Shown here one piece after another: positions 53,611 to 61,489 of a stretch of 64,000 bases of DNA. The notes under the pieces are model-generated. The model saw only the letters and a program-made list of their open reading frames with translations. It had not been told where the DNA came from and did not search any database. The number at the start of each line of letters is the position of its first letter. Position 1 is the stretch's first letter. The position numbers and the translations under genes were made by a program. The stretch is from a virus: positions 1 to 64,000 of IMG/VR virus record IMGVR_UViG_3300033516_000084; one strand, written 5' to 3'.

Positions 53611-55875
53611 TTAAGACCTATTCCTGGGCCTTGGAGAAACCGTAGTACGAGTACCGTCTGGGGCGTGGTAAGGCATATCCGCACCAAGGTAGTCGGCAAG
53701 GTGTTGCATCTGTTCCTTATCACTAAATTTCACACTACCATACCAATTACCATTAGCAAGGGCATCGAATTTGAATTTAGAGTCTGCTCCTTGGCTACCA
53801 TTGCCGCTATCAGCCCATGCCTTATCCAAGTGGGGTGTCTGTGCAGAGGTATACAGGCGCGGGAACTCCTTCAGGTGTCCGTACTTCTTATCTAGCTCAT
53901 CCAGCTCATCCAGCTCCCTCTTAACATCAGGGGTGTGCAAGTGGGCTGGTATGGTACCCAGGGCGGCCTTAGCCTTTTGTAATGCCTGCCTCCTCCATGC
54001 TGGTGGATTATCGTCATTAAACCCATACCGTGCCCAGGTGTGGAAACCACCTTCCAAAGCACCGTGAACGTGAAACCCGTTCATCCCCATCTTGTCGTAA
54101 ACTGGTATAGATTTGGCAAAGTTCTTCTTAACCGCACCCATACCACGGTCTGCTTTTTCTAAGTTTAGAAACCCGTGTTCAACAACACCGGTAGATTTGT
54201 TAAACCCCCTACTCAAAGCCGTTTGTACCTTAGCCCCGTGTACGGTACTACCCCCTCGTGCCCCTACAGACAAGTTTCCACTACTATCTATGGAAAGTGT
54301 CCCACCTACTATCTTGGCATTTGTACCCATCAACGCATCTATTATTTCGTGAGGCGTTACATTTGGATAATGCTTACTTATGGCTGTAGCTACTTGAGGT
54401 GGAGTCTGACCCCACTCCCCACTGACGGTCATACCCCTGGCATTTAGCTCCTTCATCTGGGTATGCACTTGACGACCATGATCGGTCATATTGGCCTCAG
54501 TGGCCCTGTTAACATCATCTTGGACCGCTTGTGCGGCGGCTGCGGCTGCTGTGGCCCTAGTTGCGGCTGCGGCTCTATCTGCCTCCTGCTGGGTGTGGGC
54601 CCTCTCTTGTACAGCGTGACTATCTCTATCTTCTTGAGTAAAGGAAGCCTCCACAGCTCTACGCTGCCTATCCGGCATACTGGCTAGCCTCGCGGCCCTT
54701 ACCGAATGTTCTTGGCTGTTCAGCCTATCAGCCAGACTTCTAGCGTGGGAGGCTTCCGAAGCAACAGCACTTGCTCTTTGTGAGCTTGATAGGTGCTTCA
54801 TCGCATTGGCATGACTCGCGTCATCTAGGCCATGTAACTCGGCACCGGTATTAGGCCCCTCTCTTGCCCGACGCTCCTCTTCTCTCACGGTGGTGGCATG
54901 GTGAGTAGCCGCATCACTCCACCTACGGCGCTGATCAAACTCTTGGTTATCTTGGATAGCCTGCTTCTGCCCCACGGACATAGTATCTAGAACAGCCTGC
55001 CTATCTGGGTGGCTAAGCCTATCCAGTGGGTCGGTAATAGTACGTACATGGTCAGTTAAGGCTGTTCTAGCGGCTGATCTTGCTTGGCGTGATAGACCGC
55101 CAAGATGACTATCCCGCTCTCGCTGGCTCATATCAAACAATGAGGCCCCAACAACAGCGTTTCTAGCGGCTACAACACCGGCCACCCGTGTAGCATTAGC
55201 CCGATTAAGGTCTGTTAAAGAGCGCCCGAACGAATCTGGTGTAAGATGGTGGGATGGCACTCTAGCCGCTGTAGCACGGGTGCTGCTCAAAGTCAGGCCA
55301 TGCTCAGCCAACTGCCTACCATGTGCATCCCCTGCTAGTCTAAGGGTAGCATCGTCACGAGCCCAATCAGGGGAGTCATGGGTATCTACGATTGTCTGGA
55401 GCCTATTCCTCTCATGCCCTGAAAGTATCGACACAGTTCTTGAGTTGTATAGGTGGTTGTTATCAACAAGGGCCGTTCTTTGAGCTACTAGTTCTTCTCT
55501 ACGTGCTGCCATCGCCTCTCTAGCTGTGGCAGTTGCGGCTCGGGCGGCTGCGGTCCTTACTGCGGCGGCTGTAGGCGGTCTTGCGGGGGGTCTTGCGGGG
55601 GCAGGGGGCGGAATTGCGTCATTAAACTTCTGGTCAACGGTCTGCTGGATACCAGACATACGTTGCTCTTTATGCTTATTGAATAAAGGCTTCAGGTCCC
55701 TCCCTATAGCCGTTTGTTCTACTCCAAATTGAGTCCTATCTCTATCATTACTCCTAGAGAACTTACCACCCACACTAACAAAGGTGTGGGTATTCGGTGC
55801 GTCTTTACGGGCAAACTTCCCATTGGCATCATGGTATGGGTTGGCTTTAAGTATGTGAAATAGGTGTGCAAACAT
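53611..55875 (-). CDS. Putative head-packaged protein with C-terminal GNAT-like acetyltransferase domain
   Basis: Start MFAHLFHILKANPYHDANGKF; Arg/Ala/His helical repeats; C-terminal EHGFLNLEKADRGMG...Y..MG...V.G...G..TWARYGF GNAT-like motifs. Confidence 0.6.
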   Translation of the reverse strand: MFAHLFHILKANPYHDANGKFARKDAPNTHTFVSVGGKFSRSNDRDRTQFGVEQTAIGRDLKPLFNKHKEQRMSGIQQTVDQKFNDAIPPPAPARPPARPPTAAAVRTAAARAATATAREAMAARREELVAQRTALVDNNHLYNSRTVSILSGHERNRLQTIVDTHDSPDWARDDATLRLAGDAHGRQLAEHGLTLSSTRATAARVPSHHLTPDSFGRSLTDLNRANATRVAGVVAARNAVVGASLFDMSQRERDSHLGGLSRQARSAARTALTDHVRTITDPLDRLSHPDRQAVLDTMSVGQKQAIQDNQEFDQRRRWSDAATHHATTVREEERRAREGPNTGAELHGLDDASHANAMKHLSSSQRASAVASEASHARSLADRLNSQEHSVRAARLASMPDRQRRAVEASFTQEDRDSHAVQERAHTQQEADRAAAATRATAAAAAAQAVQDDVNRATEANMTDHGRQVHTQMKELNARGMTVSGEWGQTPPQVATAISKHYPNVTPHEIIDALMGTNAKIVGGTLSIDSSGNLSVGARGGSTVHGAKVQTALSRGFNKSTGVVEHGFLNLEKADRGMGAVKKNFAKSIPVYDKMGMNGFHVHGALEGGFHTWARYGFNDDNPPAWRRQALQKAKAALGTIPAHLHTPDVKRELDELDELDKKYGHLKEFPRLYTSAQTPHLDKAWADSGNGSQGADSKFKFDALANGNWYGSVKFSDKEQMQHLADYLGADMPYHAPDGTRTTVSPRPRNRS

Positions 55876-55939
55876 ACCCCGAGTGTATCCCACCTACGCC
55901 CAGGCAGCTAGACCCTTGTCAGTGCAATTGATTGCACGC

Positions 55940-56191
55940 CTAACTGGGTAATTTCTCTGGCATGGGTTGGTGTGGCTCCACGATCAAACAGTATCGGCAC
56001 TGGAAAGAAAAGCTGTCTTTCGTGTTCTCTGGCTGGCTGAGGCCCTTGTATGTTACCCACCCATCTTTTAGGCCGATAAGGTGTACGATGCTACCGCTTG
56101 AATCCTGCCAGCGTGAGCCTACTTTCAACACCTCTGGTGGGTAGATATGTTCGCATACGATATTGTTACCGTGGCTGGCCTGTATTCTCAT
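55940..56191 (-). CDS. Hypothetical protein (83 aa)
   Basis: Compact ORF (KVGSRW...KDSFSFQCRY) co-oriented with its neighbours. Confidence 0.6.
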   Translation of the reverse strand: MRIQASHGNNIVCEHIYPPEVLKVGSRWQDSSGSIVHLIGLKDGWVTYKGLSQPENTKDSFSFQCRYCLIVEPHQPMPEKLPS

Positions 56192-56242
56192 GCTGGTCTC
56201 ATTAATTTAAGGGGTTAAGGGGTAGCTACCTACCCCGGTTAT

Positions 56243-56548
56243 TTACAGGCTGCGGGTCGTTACGACAATATCACTGTCTTCCCATTGGGCATTAATCCAC
56301 ACCCCCGAATCGAGGTGTTCCATCCTGCCAAGTTTTCCGAGTAGCCGGGTGTGCCGGGTTTCTGAAATGCTCTCAAATTGGATTGTCCACCCTTTACCGG
56401 CTTTGAATACCTGACGTTGCTTAGCAAGCACCGCTTCCTTCAACCAATTTTGGCGTGTGGGGTGCAGGGTGAGTGTAGCCGACGCTTCCGTCACCACCTC
56501 CTCGGGGAACAGCATCAACGTGGGGAAGGGGGTGATGGCATTAAGCAT
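56243..56548 (-). CDS. Cassette hypothetical protein, paralog of 61490-61732
   Basis: Preceded by the cassette promoter/RBS; shares PT...WL..A.L..QR.VF..G.GWTIQ.E.IS.T.....GK.GR....DSGVW..AQ with 61490-61732. Confidence 0.8.
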   Translation of the reverse strand: MLNAITPFPTLMLFPEEVVTEASATLTLHPTRQNWLKEAVLAKQRQVFKAGKGWTIQFESISETRHTRLLGKLGRMEHLDSGVWINAQWEDSDIVVTTRSL

Positions 56549-56630
56549 TTTCAGTCCTTTGAAATTGGTTGGTAAGCCTGTATTATATATCAGTTTATCA
56601 AGGTTTACAGGCTTTTGGAAAATATATTTT
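56549..56630 (-). promoter_or_regulatory. Repeated early expression cassette header (copy a)
   Basis: AAAATATATTTT...AACCTTGATAAACTG-ata-TATAAT...GGCTTACCAACCAA-TTCAAAGGACTGAAA-ATG. Confidence 0.85.
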
Positions 56631-56862
56631 AGGCCCGTTCGCAGTGCAGGCCACCTGCCTTACCCAGGCTAAGAACGTAGTCCGGGTACTCATTGATTTG
56701 GTCAAGGTCCTTGGCGATATGAATCGCGGCTTCATATCCCTGACCGTAGCGGTGTAGTTCTGTAGCGGCCTTCAGGAATACCTCCTTGGCCTCACCGATA
56801 CTACGGTATTTGTTGTAGTAGGGGTAGCCACACAGCGGGGCCATCAGGAAACAAGCAGCCAT
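56629..56862 (-). CDS. Cassette hypothetical protein (77 aa)
   Basis: Cassette header upstream; TAA stop overlaps the next AAAATATATTTT box. Confidence 0.75.
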   Translation of the reverse strand: MAACFLMAPLCGYPYYNKYRSIGEAKEVFLKAATELHRYGQGYEAAIHIAKDLDQINEYPDYVLSLGKAGGLHCERA

Positions 56863-56944
56863 TTTTCAGTCCTTTGAAGTTTGTGGTAAGCCTGTAGTAT
56901 ATCGCAGTTTGACAAGGTTTACAGGCTTTTGGAAAATATATTTT
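56863..56944 (-). promoter_or_regulatory. Repeated early expression cassette header (copy b)
   Basis: Same layout with TTGTCAAACTG-cga-TATACT; 32 bp identical to copy a. Confidence 0.85.
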
Positions 56945-58137
56945 CACCCCAGCCTGAGGCCCAACAGGTCTTCTAGCTTGAATGCATGGTGTCTTCTCCA
57001 GCGTTTAGCAAGACCGAAGAATGCGGTCATGTCAGTCGAGGCCAAGGTATCCACGTCCGGGTGCCCTAGCTCTTTTGCCCGTTCGCCCAACCACTTGGTT
57101 TGATCACGCATGTCATCGTCAAACGAGGTGGTGGTTACAGCCTTTTCCTTGGAACAGTACCTCTTTTTTGCGTCACGGTAGGGATTGGCTTTTAGTACGG
57201 ATGAGGGACTACTAGGGTAACTCTTGAACATCGACATAATCTCTTCTTCCTCCGTGGTAACAGTAATTCCATGGGCCTTAACCACGTCCCAAGCCTCCTT
57301 ACTGAGAGAATTTTTGTCCGGTACAACAATGGACTGAATATCCTTGACAGATACGCCTCCATGAACTTGAGCCTCCATGTATGCAGCGGCCCGTGCCTCA
57401 TTTACTGTTTTTGCCTCTGAAACCCTTGAGGCCACCGAATCTACATTAAATGCCCCTCTATAAACGTCCAGCCCAATCACACTGGCTAACTTTGGGTCAG
57501 TTACCTTTGAGGGCGGGTAAGCCACTTTGGTGTCGTTGTTGGAGGTCATCCCATTTACTGAGTCCCCACCGGTAAAGGTGGTGCGATCACGAACCTCGGG
57601 TTTGAGAGTCACCCTACTTCTTCCGTAGACCACAGCCCCAGAATTAGCCATCTCCATGGGTTTAGCCCCAGCACTGTGCAACACCCCATAGATTATGCTA
57701 TGGGGTTTTTTAGCATCACCAAACATCAGCTTTTCGGCATTGGCCATTGCCTCTAAGATCGAGGGATTCTTAGACTGTAGCTCCTGGGAGGTCTTAAAAC
57801 CTCCACTTGTAAGTATGGTATTCAAGTCATCCTTGCCCGTATGTATCACCACCTTGGCATCCTTCATCAGGGCAGAAAGGCTTTCCTGGGCTTTGTGTAG
57901 ACCCTCTACATCTACCTCAGCTAGCTTATGCATCATGTTGGCCCGCTCCGCTAGCAAGTCCTTGTTTATGGGTGGCTCATTTTTTGTAGCCCCCTTTTTA
58001 GGGGCACCAAACATACTCACAAAGCCAGCCTTATCGCCTGTAGAGAACCTGCCTAGCCCGTCGTGATACGGGTTGGCCTTTACTATGGTTTCCTGGGCGG
58101 GCAACAGGCTCTTATTTTGGAACAAAAAGCTATACAT
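56944..58137 (-). CDS. Putative head-packaged protein with DUF3626-like (possible ADP-ribosyltransferase-fold) domain
   Basis: Likely start MYSFLF at 58137; KANPYHDGLGRF; IH......IL.SG.FKTSQE...IYG.L...YG...V.LKPEVR.RTTFT.GDS...YMEAQVHGGV...DI; second KANPY module near the C-terminus. Confidence 0.6.
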   Translation of the reverse strand: MYSFLFQNKSLLPAQETIVKANPYHDGLGRFSTGDKAGFVSMFGAPKKGATKNEPPINKDLLAERANMMHKLAEVDVEGLHKAQESLSALMKDAKVVIHTGKDDLNTILTSGGFKTSQELQSKNPSILEAMANAEKLMFGDAKKPHSIIYGVLHSAGAKPMEMANSGAVVYGRSRVTLKPEVRDRTTFTGGDSVNGMTSNNDTKVAYPPSKVTDPKLASVIGLDVYRGAFNVDSVASRVSEAKTVNEARAAAYMEAQVHGGVSVKDIQSIVVPDKNSLSKEAWDVVKAHGITVTTEEEEIMSMFKSYPSSPSSVLKANPYRDAKKRYCSKEKAVTTTSFDDDMRDQTKWLGERAKELGHPDVDTLASTDMTAFFGLAKRWRRHHAFKLEDLLGLRLG

Positions 58138-58314
58138 GGTAGTGCGGTGGATTAGGGTGTTAGAGTCTCCATTGTCCCACGCTAAGGCCCTCATAGCACG
58201 CGCTAATCCGGTGCTGGCATATCGGTAAAGGAGTCTATGCAGTGGGCGTGTATAGCCATGTTTTCCCAGATGGTCAACTGCCCCTGGGGCGTGGGGCGTG
58301 GGGCCGGGGTTTGG

Positions 58315-58524
58315 TTATGCGAGGGCGCGAGACTCAGCAGCCTTGGCTTGTTTTTGGTAATACAAAAAGTCTTCAGTACCAACCACGGCATTGGCTGTCT
58401 GGATGTAGTAATCAGCGGCATCGGAATAGGCTGCGAAGATAGCCCAGTTCTCATCGCAGGCGTAGAGACCAGCGGCTGAGTTGCAGTCGTTGGCCTTACA
58501 CATGTAATATTCGTAATCAGTCAT
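58315..58524 (-). CDS. Small helical cassette protein, family A copy 1
   Basis: MTDYEYYMCKANDCNSAA...VGTEDFLYYQKQAKAAESRALA; paralog of 58741-58959 and 63169-63375. Confidence 0.8.
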   Translation of the reverse strand: MTDYEYYMCKANDCNSAAGLYACDENWAIFAAYSDAADYYIQTANAVVGTEDFLYYQKQAKAAESRALA

Positions 58525-58589
58525 TTTCAATCCTTTGAAGGTGGAGGGTTTTGGTTGGTAAGCCATTAGTATAACACAGTTTATCAAGG
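58472..58589. repeat. 118-bp exact direct repeat (second copy 63323-63440)
   Basis: Identical promoter, leader and first ~17 codons of the two MTDYEYY genes. Confidence 0.9.
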
Positions 58590-58616
58590 ATTACATATAT
58601 TTTAAAAATATATTTT
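58525..58616 (-). promoter_or_regulatory. Repeated early expression cassette header (copy c)
   Basis: AAAATATATTTT...CCTTGATAAACTGTGtTATACT...GGCTTACCAACCAA...TTCAAAGGATTGAAA-ATG. Confidence 0.85.
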
Positions 58617-58680
58617 CAGCCCAGGGTAGTGCATGGTGGGGCTATTTTCTCTGGCACTGGCAGGGCTTGCACTTGGGGGG

Positions 58681-58742
58681 GGGGTAAGGCTTTATTACAT
58701 CAGGTTTTTACCGTTTGTCAAGATATTTACAAAATATATTTT
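58681..58742 (-). promoter_or_regulatory. Variant header with canonical -35 and no ORF of its own (copy d)
   Basis: AAAATATATTTT-gtaaatatc-TTGACA-16 nt-TGTAAT-aaaGCCTTACCCCCC. Confidence 0.6.
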
Positions 58743-58959
58743 AGAAAGCGAGAGCACGTTCCTCAGCCGACCAGGCTTGTTCTTGGTAGTACGAAAAGTC
58801 TTCAGTACCGATGGATGCGGCGGCTTGCTCAAAAGAAGCAGCGGCTTGTTCATAGGCACTGGCCGGTTTGGGTTGATCTTCCAACCGGTATTTGATGGCG
58901 GCAGCCGCACATTCTTTAGCTTTGCCAGTGTAATACTGGAAATCAGTAATCTCAGCCAT
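58741..58959 (-). CDS. Small helical cassette protein, family A copy 2
   Basis: MAEITDFQYYTGKAKECAAAA...IGTEDFSYYQEQAWSAEERALAF; GGAG RBS. Confidence 0.8.
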   Translation of the reverse strand: MAEITDFQYYTGKAKECAAAAIKYRLEDQPKPASAYEQAAASFEQAAASIGTEDFSYYQEQAWSAEERALAF

Positions 58960-59222
58960 TTTTCACTCCGTTGAAAGGTTAAGGGGTTATTGAAGCCAAT
59001 CCCTTGTGTTTTTTAGCCAGATCACCCACCACACCGGGACGGTAGGGTTTTTTTCGGCTTAGGTAATCAATTCGTCGCTCACTCCTTTGAGTTGGTTAAA
59101 AAAGGGGGGTATCACCCCCGGTGGCCGTTTATGTATGCCACTTTACCCCCCCGCCTTCTACTCAGTTTCCACTCGGCAGGGGGGCCGCGAGGAAGCGTTG
59201 AGTCCAATTACTTCATTTTCAT

Positions 59223-59313
59223 GTACTCCTTTTTAGGTTAGTGGGTTTTTGCTGGGATGCAGCTATTATAGCGCAGTTTGACAAGGTTTTACACGTTTTT
59301 GAAAATATATTTT
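59223..59313 (-). promoter_or_regulatory. Repeated early expression cassette header (copy e)
   Basis: AAAATATATTTT...AACCTTGTCAAACTG-cgc-TATAAT...AAAAGGAG; followed only by ATG AAA ATG AAG TAA. Confidence 0.8.
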
Positions 59314-59348
59314 CAATCCTCGTATTCGTGTTCTTCCTCAGCAGCCTA

Positions 59349-59741
59349 TTAGTAGTCAGACTCAAAAATGGTTGAGATTTGGGCGTATCCGGTGACATAG
59401 ATCATCCCATCTGAATACCCGAAGGTCGTTGGCGCGGTGATCACCAGCTTGTGCATCGACTGCTCGACACCCTCACGGGTTCCGTATTCGACTGGTACCA
59501 GACCAATCAGGCCAGCATCCACCCCGTACTCACGTCCGTGGTCATCATCGAAGCTGCCATCACCGTAAGCGGTGCTGCTGGCGTACACCTTGAAGCCCTT
59601 GATCGCCCCCTCTGGCTGCTCAAAATACTCACAGGATTCCAATAGGTCACTCCAGTCCTCTGAGGGCACGGCATAGCACGGGTCACCTAAATAATACTCA
59701 CCAGCGGGGATAACGATTTCAAAATTTTTGGTTTGTGACAT
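59349..59741 (-). CDS. Cassette hypothetical protein (130 aa; GDPCY / YGDG / VDAGLIG motifs)
   Basis: Start MSQTKNF after the cassette RBS; the motif set recurs in phage hypothetical proteins. Confidence 0.8.
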   Translation of the reverse strand: MSQTKNFEIVIPAGEYYLGDPCYAVPSEDWSDLLESCEYFEQPEGAIKGFKVYASSTAYGDGSFDDDHGREYGVDAGLIGLVPVEYGTREGVEQSMHKLVITAPTTFGYSDGMIYVTGYAQISTIFESDY

Positions 59742-59828
59742 TTTCAATCCTTTGAAGCTGTTTGGTTGGTAAGCCTTGAGTATAGCACGGTTTATCAAGG
59801 TTTTTACACGATTTGAAAATATATTTTT
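59742..59828 (-). promoter_or_regulatory. Repeated early expression cassette header (copy f)
   Basis: AAAATATATTTT...AACCTTGATAAACCGTGcTATACT...GGCTTACCAACCAA...TTCAAAGGATTGAAA-ATG. Confidence 0.85.
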
Positions 59829-60171
59829 CTACTTCTGGCTGGCGTAGTACTTCTGGCGGGCACGAATCTCTTGGTTAGCTAGGTCGATAATGTCTTCATG
59901 GCCGTTGTCTGTGATGTACTTGGTAGCTCTAACTACCCCCTTAGGGCGGCTAGTGATGCTATGGGCAAATCCTTGTACCTGGCAATGACACTGACGGTAT
60001 TTCTGCTGGCCAAGGCAACGATGTGTGCGGCCTCTTGTTCTTCAGTGCGTGGGGGTAGGAGGCAAAAACTCCTGGGGATGCATGGTGTGGTCTGTGTGGT
60101 TCATAATAATCATTATAGGGGTCGGTAGTTTACTACCAACCACAGCCCCGTTTCCGGGGCGTTGGCGTGGC

Positions 60172-60525
60172 CTAGGACTCGTCTTGTTCTTCAGCGGGTT
60201 CGCTGGAAAGGTCGGTCCAGTAAAGGATTATGTCACGACCCATACTGTCTTGTTTGAAGTCGAGCAAGACTTCCACCGCTTTATTGAAGTCGTAAAGGGA
60301 GCGATCACCCTTACCATCATCTACCCCTCGTACCAGATCATCGGCCATTTTCTTGACAACCTCGGTAATGAGGTTCATGCAGTTGGATAATGAGCCGGTA
60401 ATGCCTACGCACTCGGAGCCGTACATCCCACGTCCGCTGTAGGAGTCGCGGAACTGCACGTCCTCGGTTTCGCCGCACAGGGCTTCAAGGTTTACGAGCA
60501 GAGTGGCAGTGGTGTTTGCATTCAT
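60172..60525 (-). CDS. Cassette hypothetical protein (117 aa; YSGRGMYG..C / DSMG motifs)
   Basis: Cassette header upstream; hairpin gccccggaaacggggc downstream. Confidence 0.8.
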   Translation of the reverse strand: MNANTTATLLVNLEALCGETEDVQFRDSYSGRGMYGSECVGITGSLSNCMNLITEVVKKMADDLVRGVDDGKGDRSLYDFNKAVEVLLDFKQDSMGRDIILYWTDLSSEPAEEQDES

Positions 60526-60526
60526 C

Positions 60527-60628
60527 TTCAGTCCTTTGAAAGTTTGGGGGGGGTAAGCGGCTTTTTAGGGCCTGGGGTAATTATATATCAGTTTGCCAAG
60601 GTTTTAACTGATTTTGAAAATATATTTT
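60527..60628 (-). promoter_or_regulatory. Cassette header (copy g); 102-bp exact repeat of 62170-62271
   Basis: Identical from AAAATATATTTT through TTGGCAAACTG-ata-TATAAT, C8 tract and TTCAAAGGACTGAA; an extra AAAATATATTTT box lies at 60639-60650. Confidence 0.88.
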
Positions 60629-60738
60629 TCAGGCTTTGAAAATATATTTTCGCCCACCTACGGCTGTCTGTACCCCAAGTGCATGGTGGGGGCTAAAAAC
60701 CATGCCCCGGATTTCCGGGCTTTGGTCTGGGGGCAGGA

Positions 60739-61053
60739 TTAGACGAATCCAAGAACGGCAGTGACATGGCCTTCTGCGTTGCGGATAGCGTCCTTTCCGG
60801 TGTCGGGGCCGACAACATCTGGGCGTGTGCCGCGAAGTTCGCCCAAGACCATGCCGCTGACAACATAGATCGTGTCGTCAGCCGGTGCTGGCAGGTCGAT
60901 GACTGGGCCGATTACTTGGCGTGTGAGCCGGATGCCGCCAATGTCAGGGCAGGGTGTACGGGTGACTGAACAGCGGGCGATGATGCCCGACTTTTCCAGC
61001 GTGCCGAGGCCGACAACGGTGATGGCGTGGGGTGTGCAGTTGATGAAGTTCAT
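60739..61053 (-). CDS. Hypothetical protein (INCTPH.I...PDTG..AIR family)
   Basis: Start MNFINCTPH after AAGGATTGAAT; hairpin gcccggaaatccgggg downstream. Confidence 0.75.
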   Translation of the reverse strand: MNFINCTPHAITVVGLGTLEKSGIIARCSVTRTPCPDIGGIRLTRQVIGPVIDLPAPADDTIYVVSGMVLGELRGTRPDVVGPDTGKDAIRNAEGHVTAVLGFV

Positions 61054-61121
61054 ATTCAATCCTTCTAGGGTTGTGCAATTGATTGCAGCCCATTTTGTGG
61101 GCCGCGAGTAGGGTAGTGAGG

Positions 61122-61337
61122 CTACGCCTTCTTGGTGAGTTTTGGGGCCTGTTTAGGGGCTGGCGTGGTGGGTTTTGGAGTCGGAATCGCTTTCACTATG
61201 TTGAATGACCGGATGGCCCCCACGGTATTCACCGCCAATCCGCTGCAAGCGGTATCCCGAAACTCGGTAGTACCGTCCGGGTGCTTGCACTGGTAAATGT
61301 TTGCGCTGGCTGCGCTGGACGCGAGGGATTTACGCAT
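61122..61337 (-). CDS. DUF4124-like small protein
   Basis: ASANIYQCKHPDGTTEFRDTAC motif; cassette header upstream. Confidence 0.6.
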   Translation of the reverse strand: MRKSLASSAASANIYQCKHPDGTTEFRDTACSGLAVNTVGAIRSFNIVKAIPTPKPTTPAPKQAPKLTKKA

Positions 61338-61422
61338 TTTTCAGTCCTTTGAAGGTTTTGCTGGGATGCCGCTAGTATAGCGCAGTTTGCCAATGTTTTA
61401 ACTTATTTTGAAAATATATTTT
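61338..61422 (-). promoter_or_regulatory. Repeated early expression cassette header (copy h)
   Basis: AAAATATATTTT...AACATTGGCAAACTG-cgc-TATACT...TTCAAAGGACTGAAAA-ATG. Confidence 0.85.
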
Positions 61423-61459
61423 CAACCCACCACCGGGTGCATGGTGCGGCCCTGGGTGC

Positions 61460-61484
61460 AAAAAAACCCGGTTGTCCGGGCGGG
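61460..61484 (-). terminator. Intrinsic terminator
   Basis: gcccgg-acaa-ccgggttttttt. Confidence 0.75.
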
Positions 61485-61489
61485 GGCGG

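Noticed and set aside
58960-59210. tRNA gene in the structured intergenic region
   Set aside because: No cloverleaf with a TTCRA T-loop and acceptor stem could be built.
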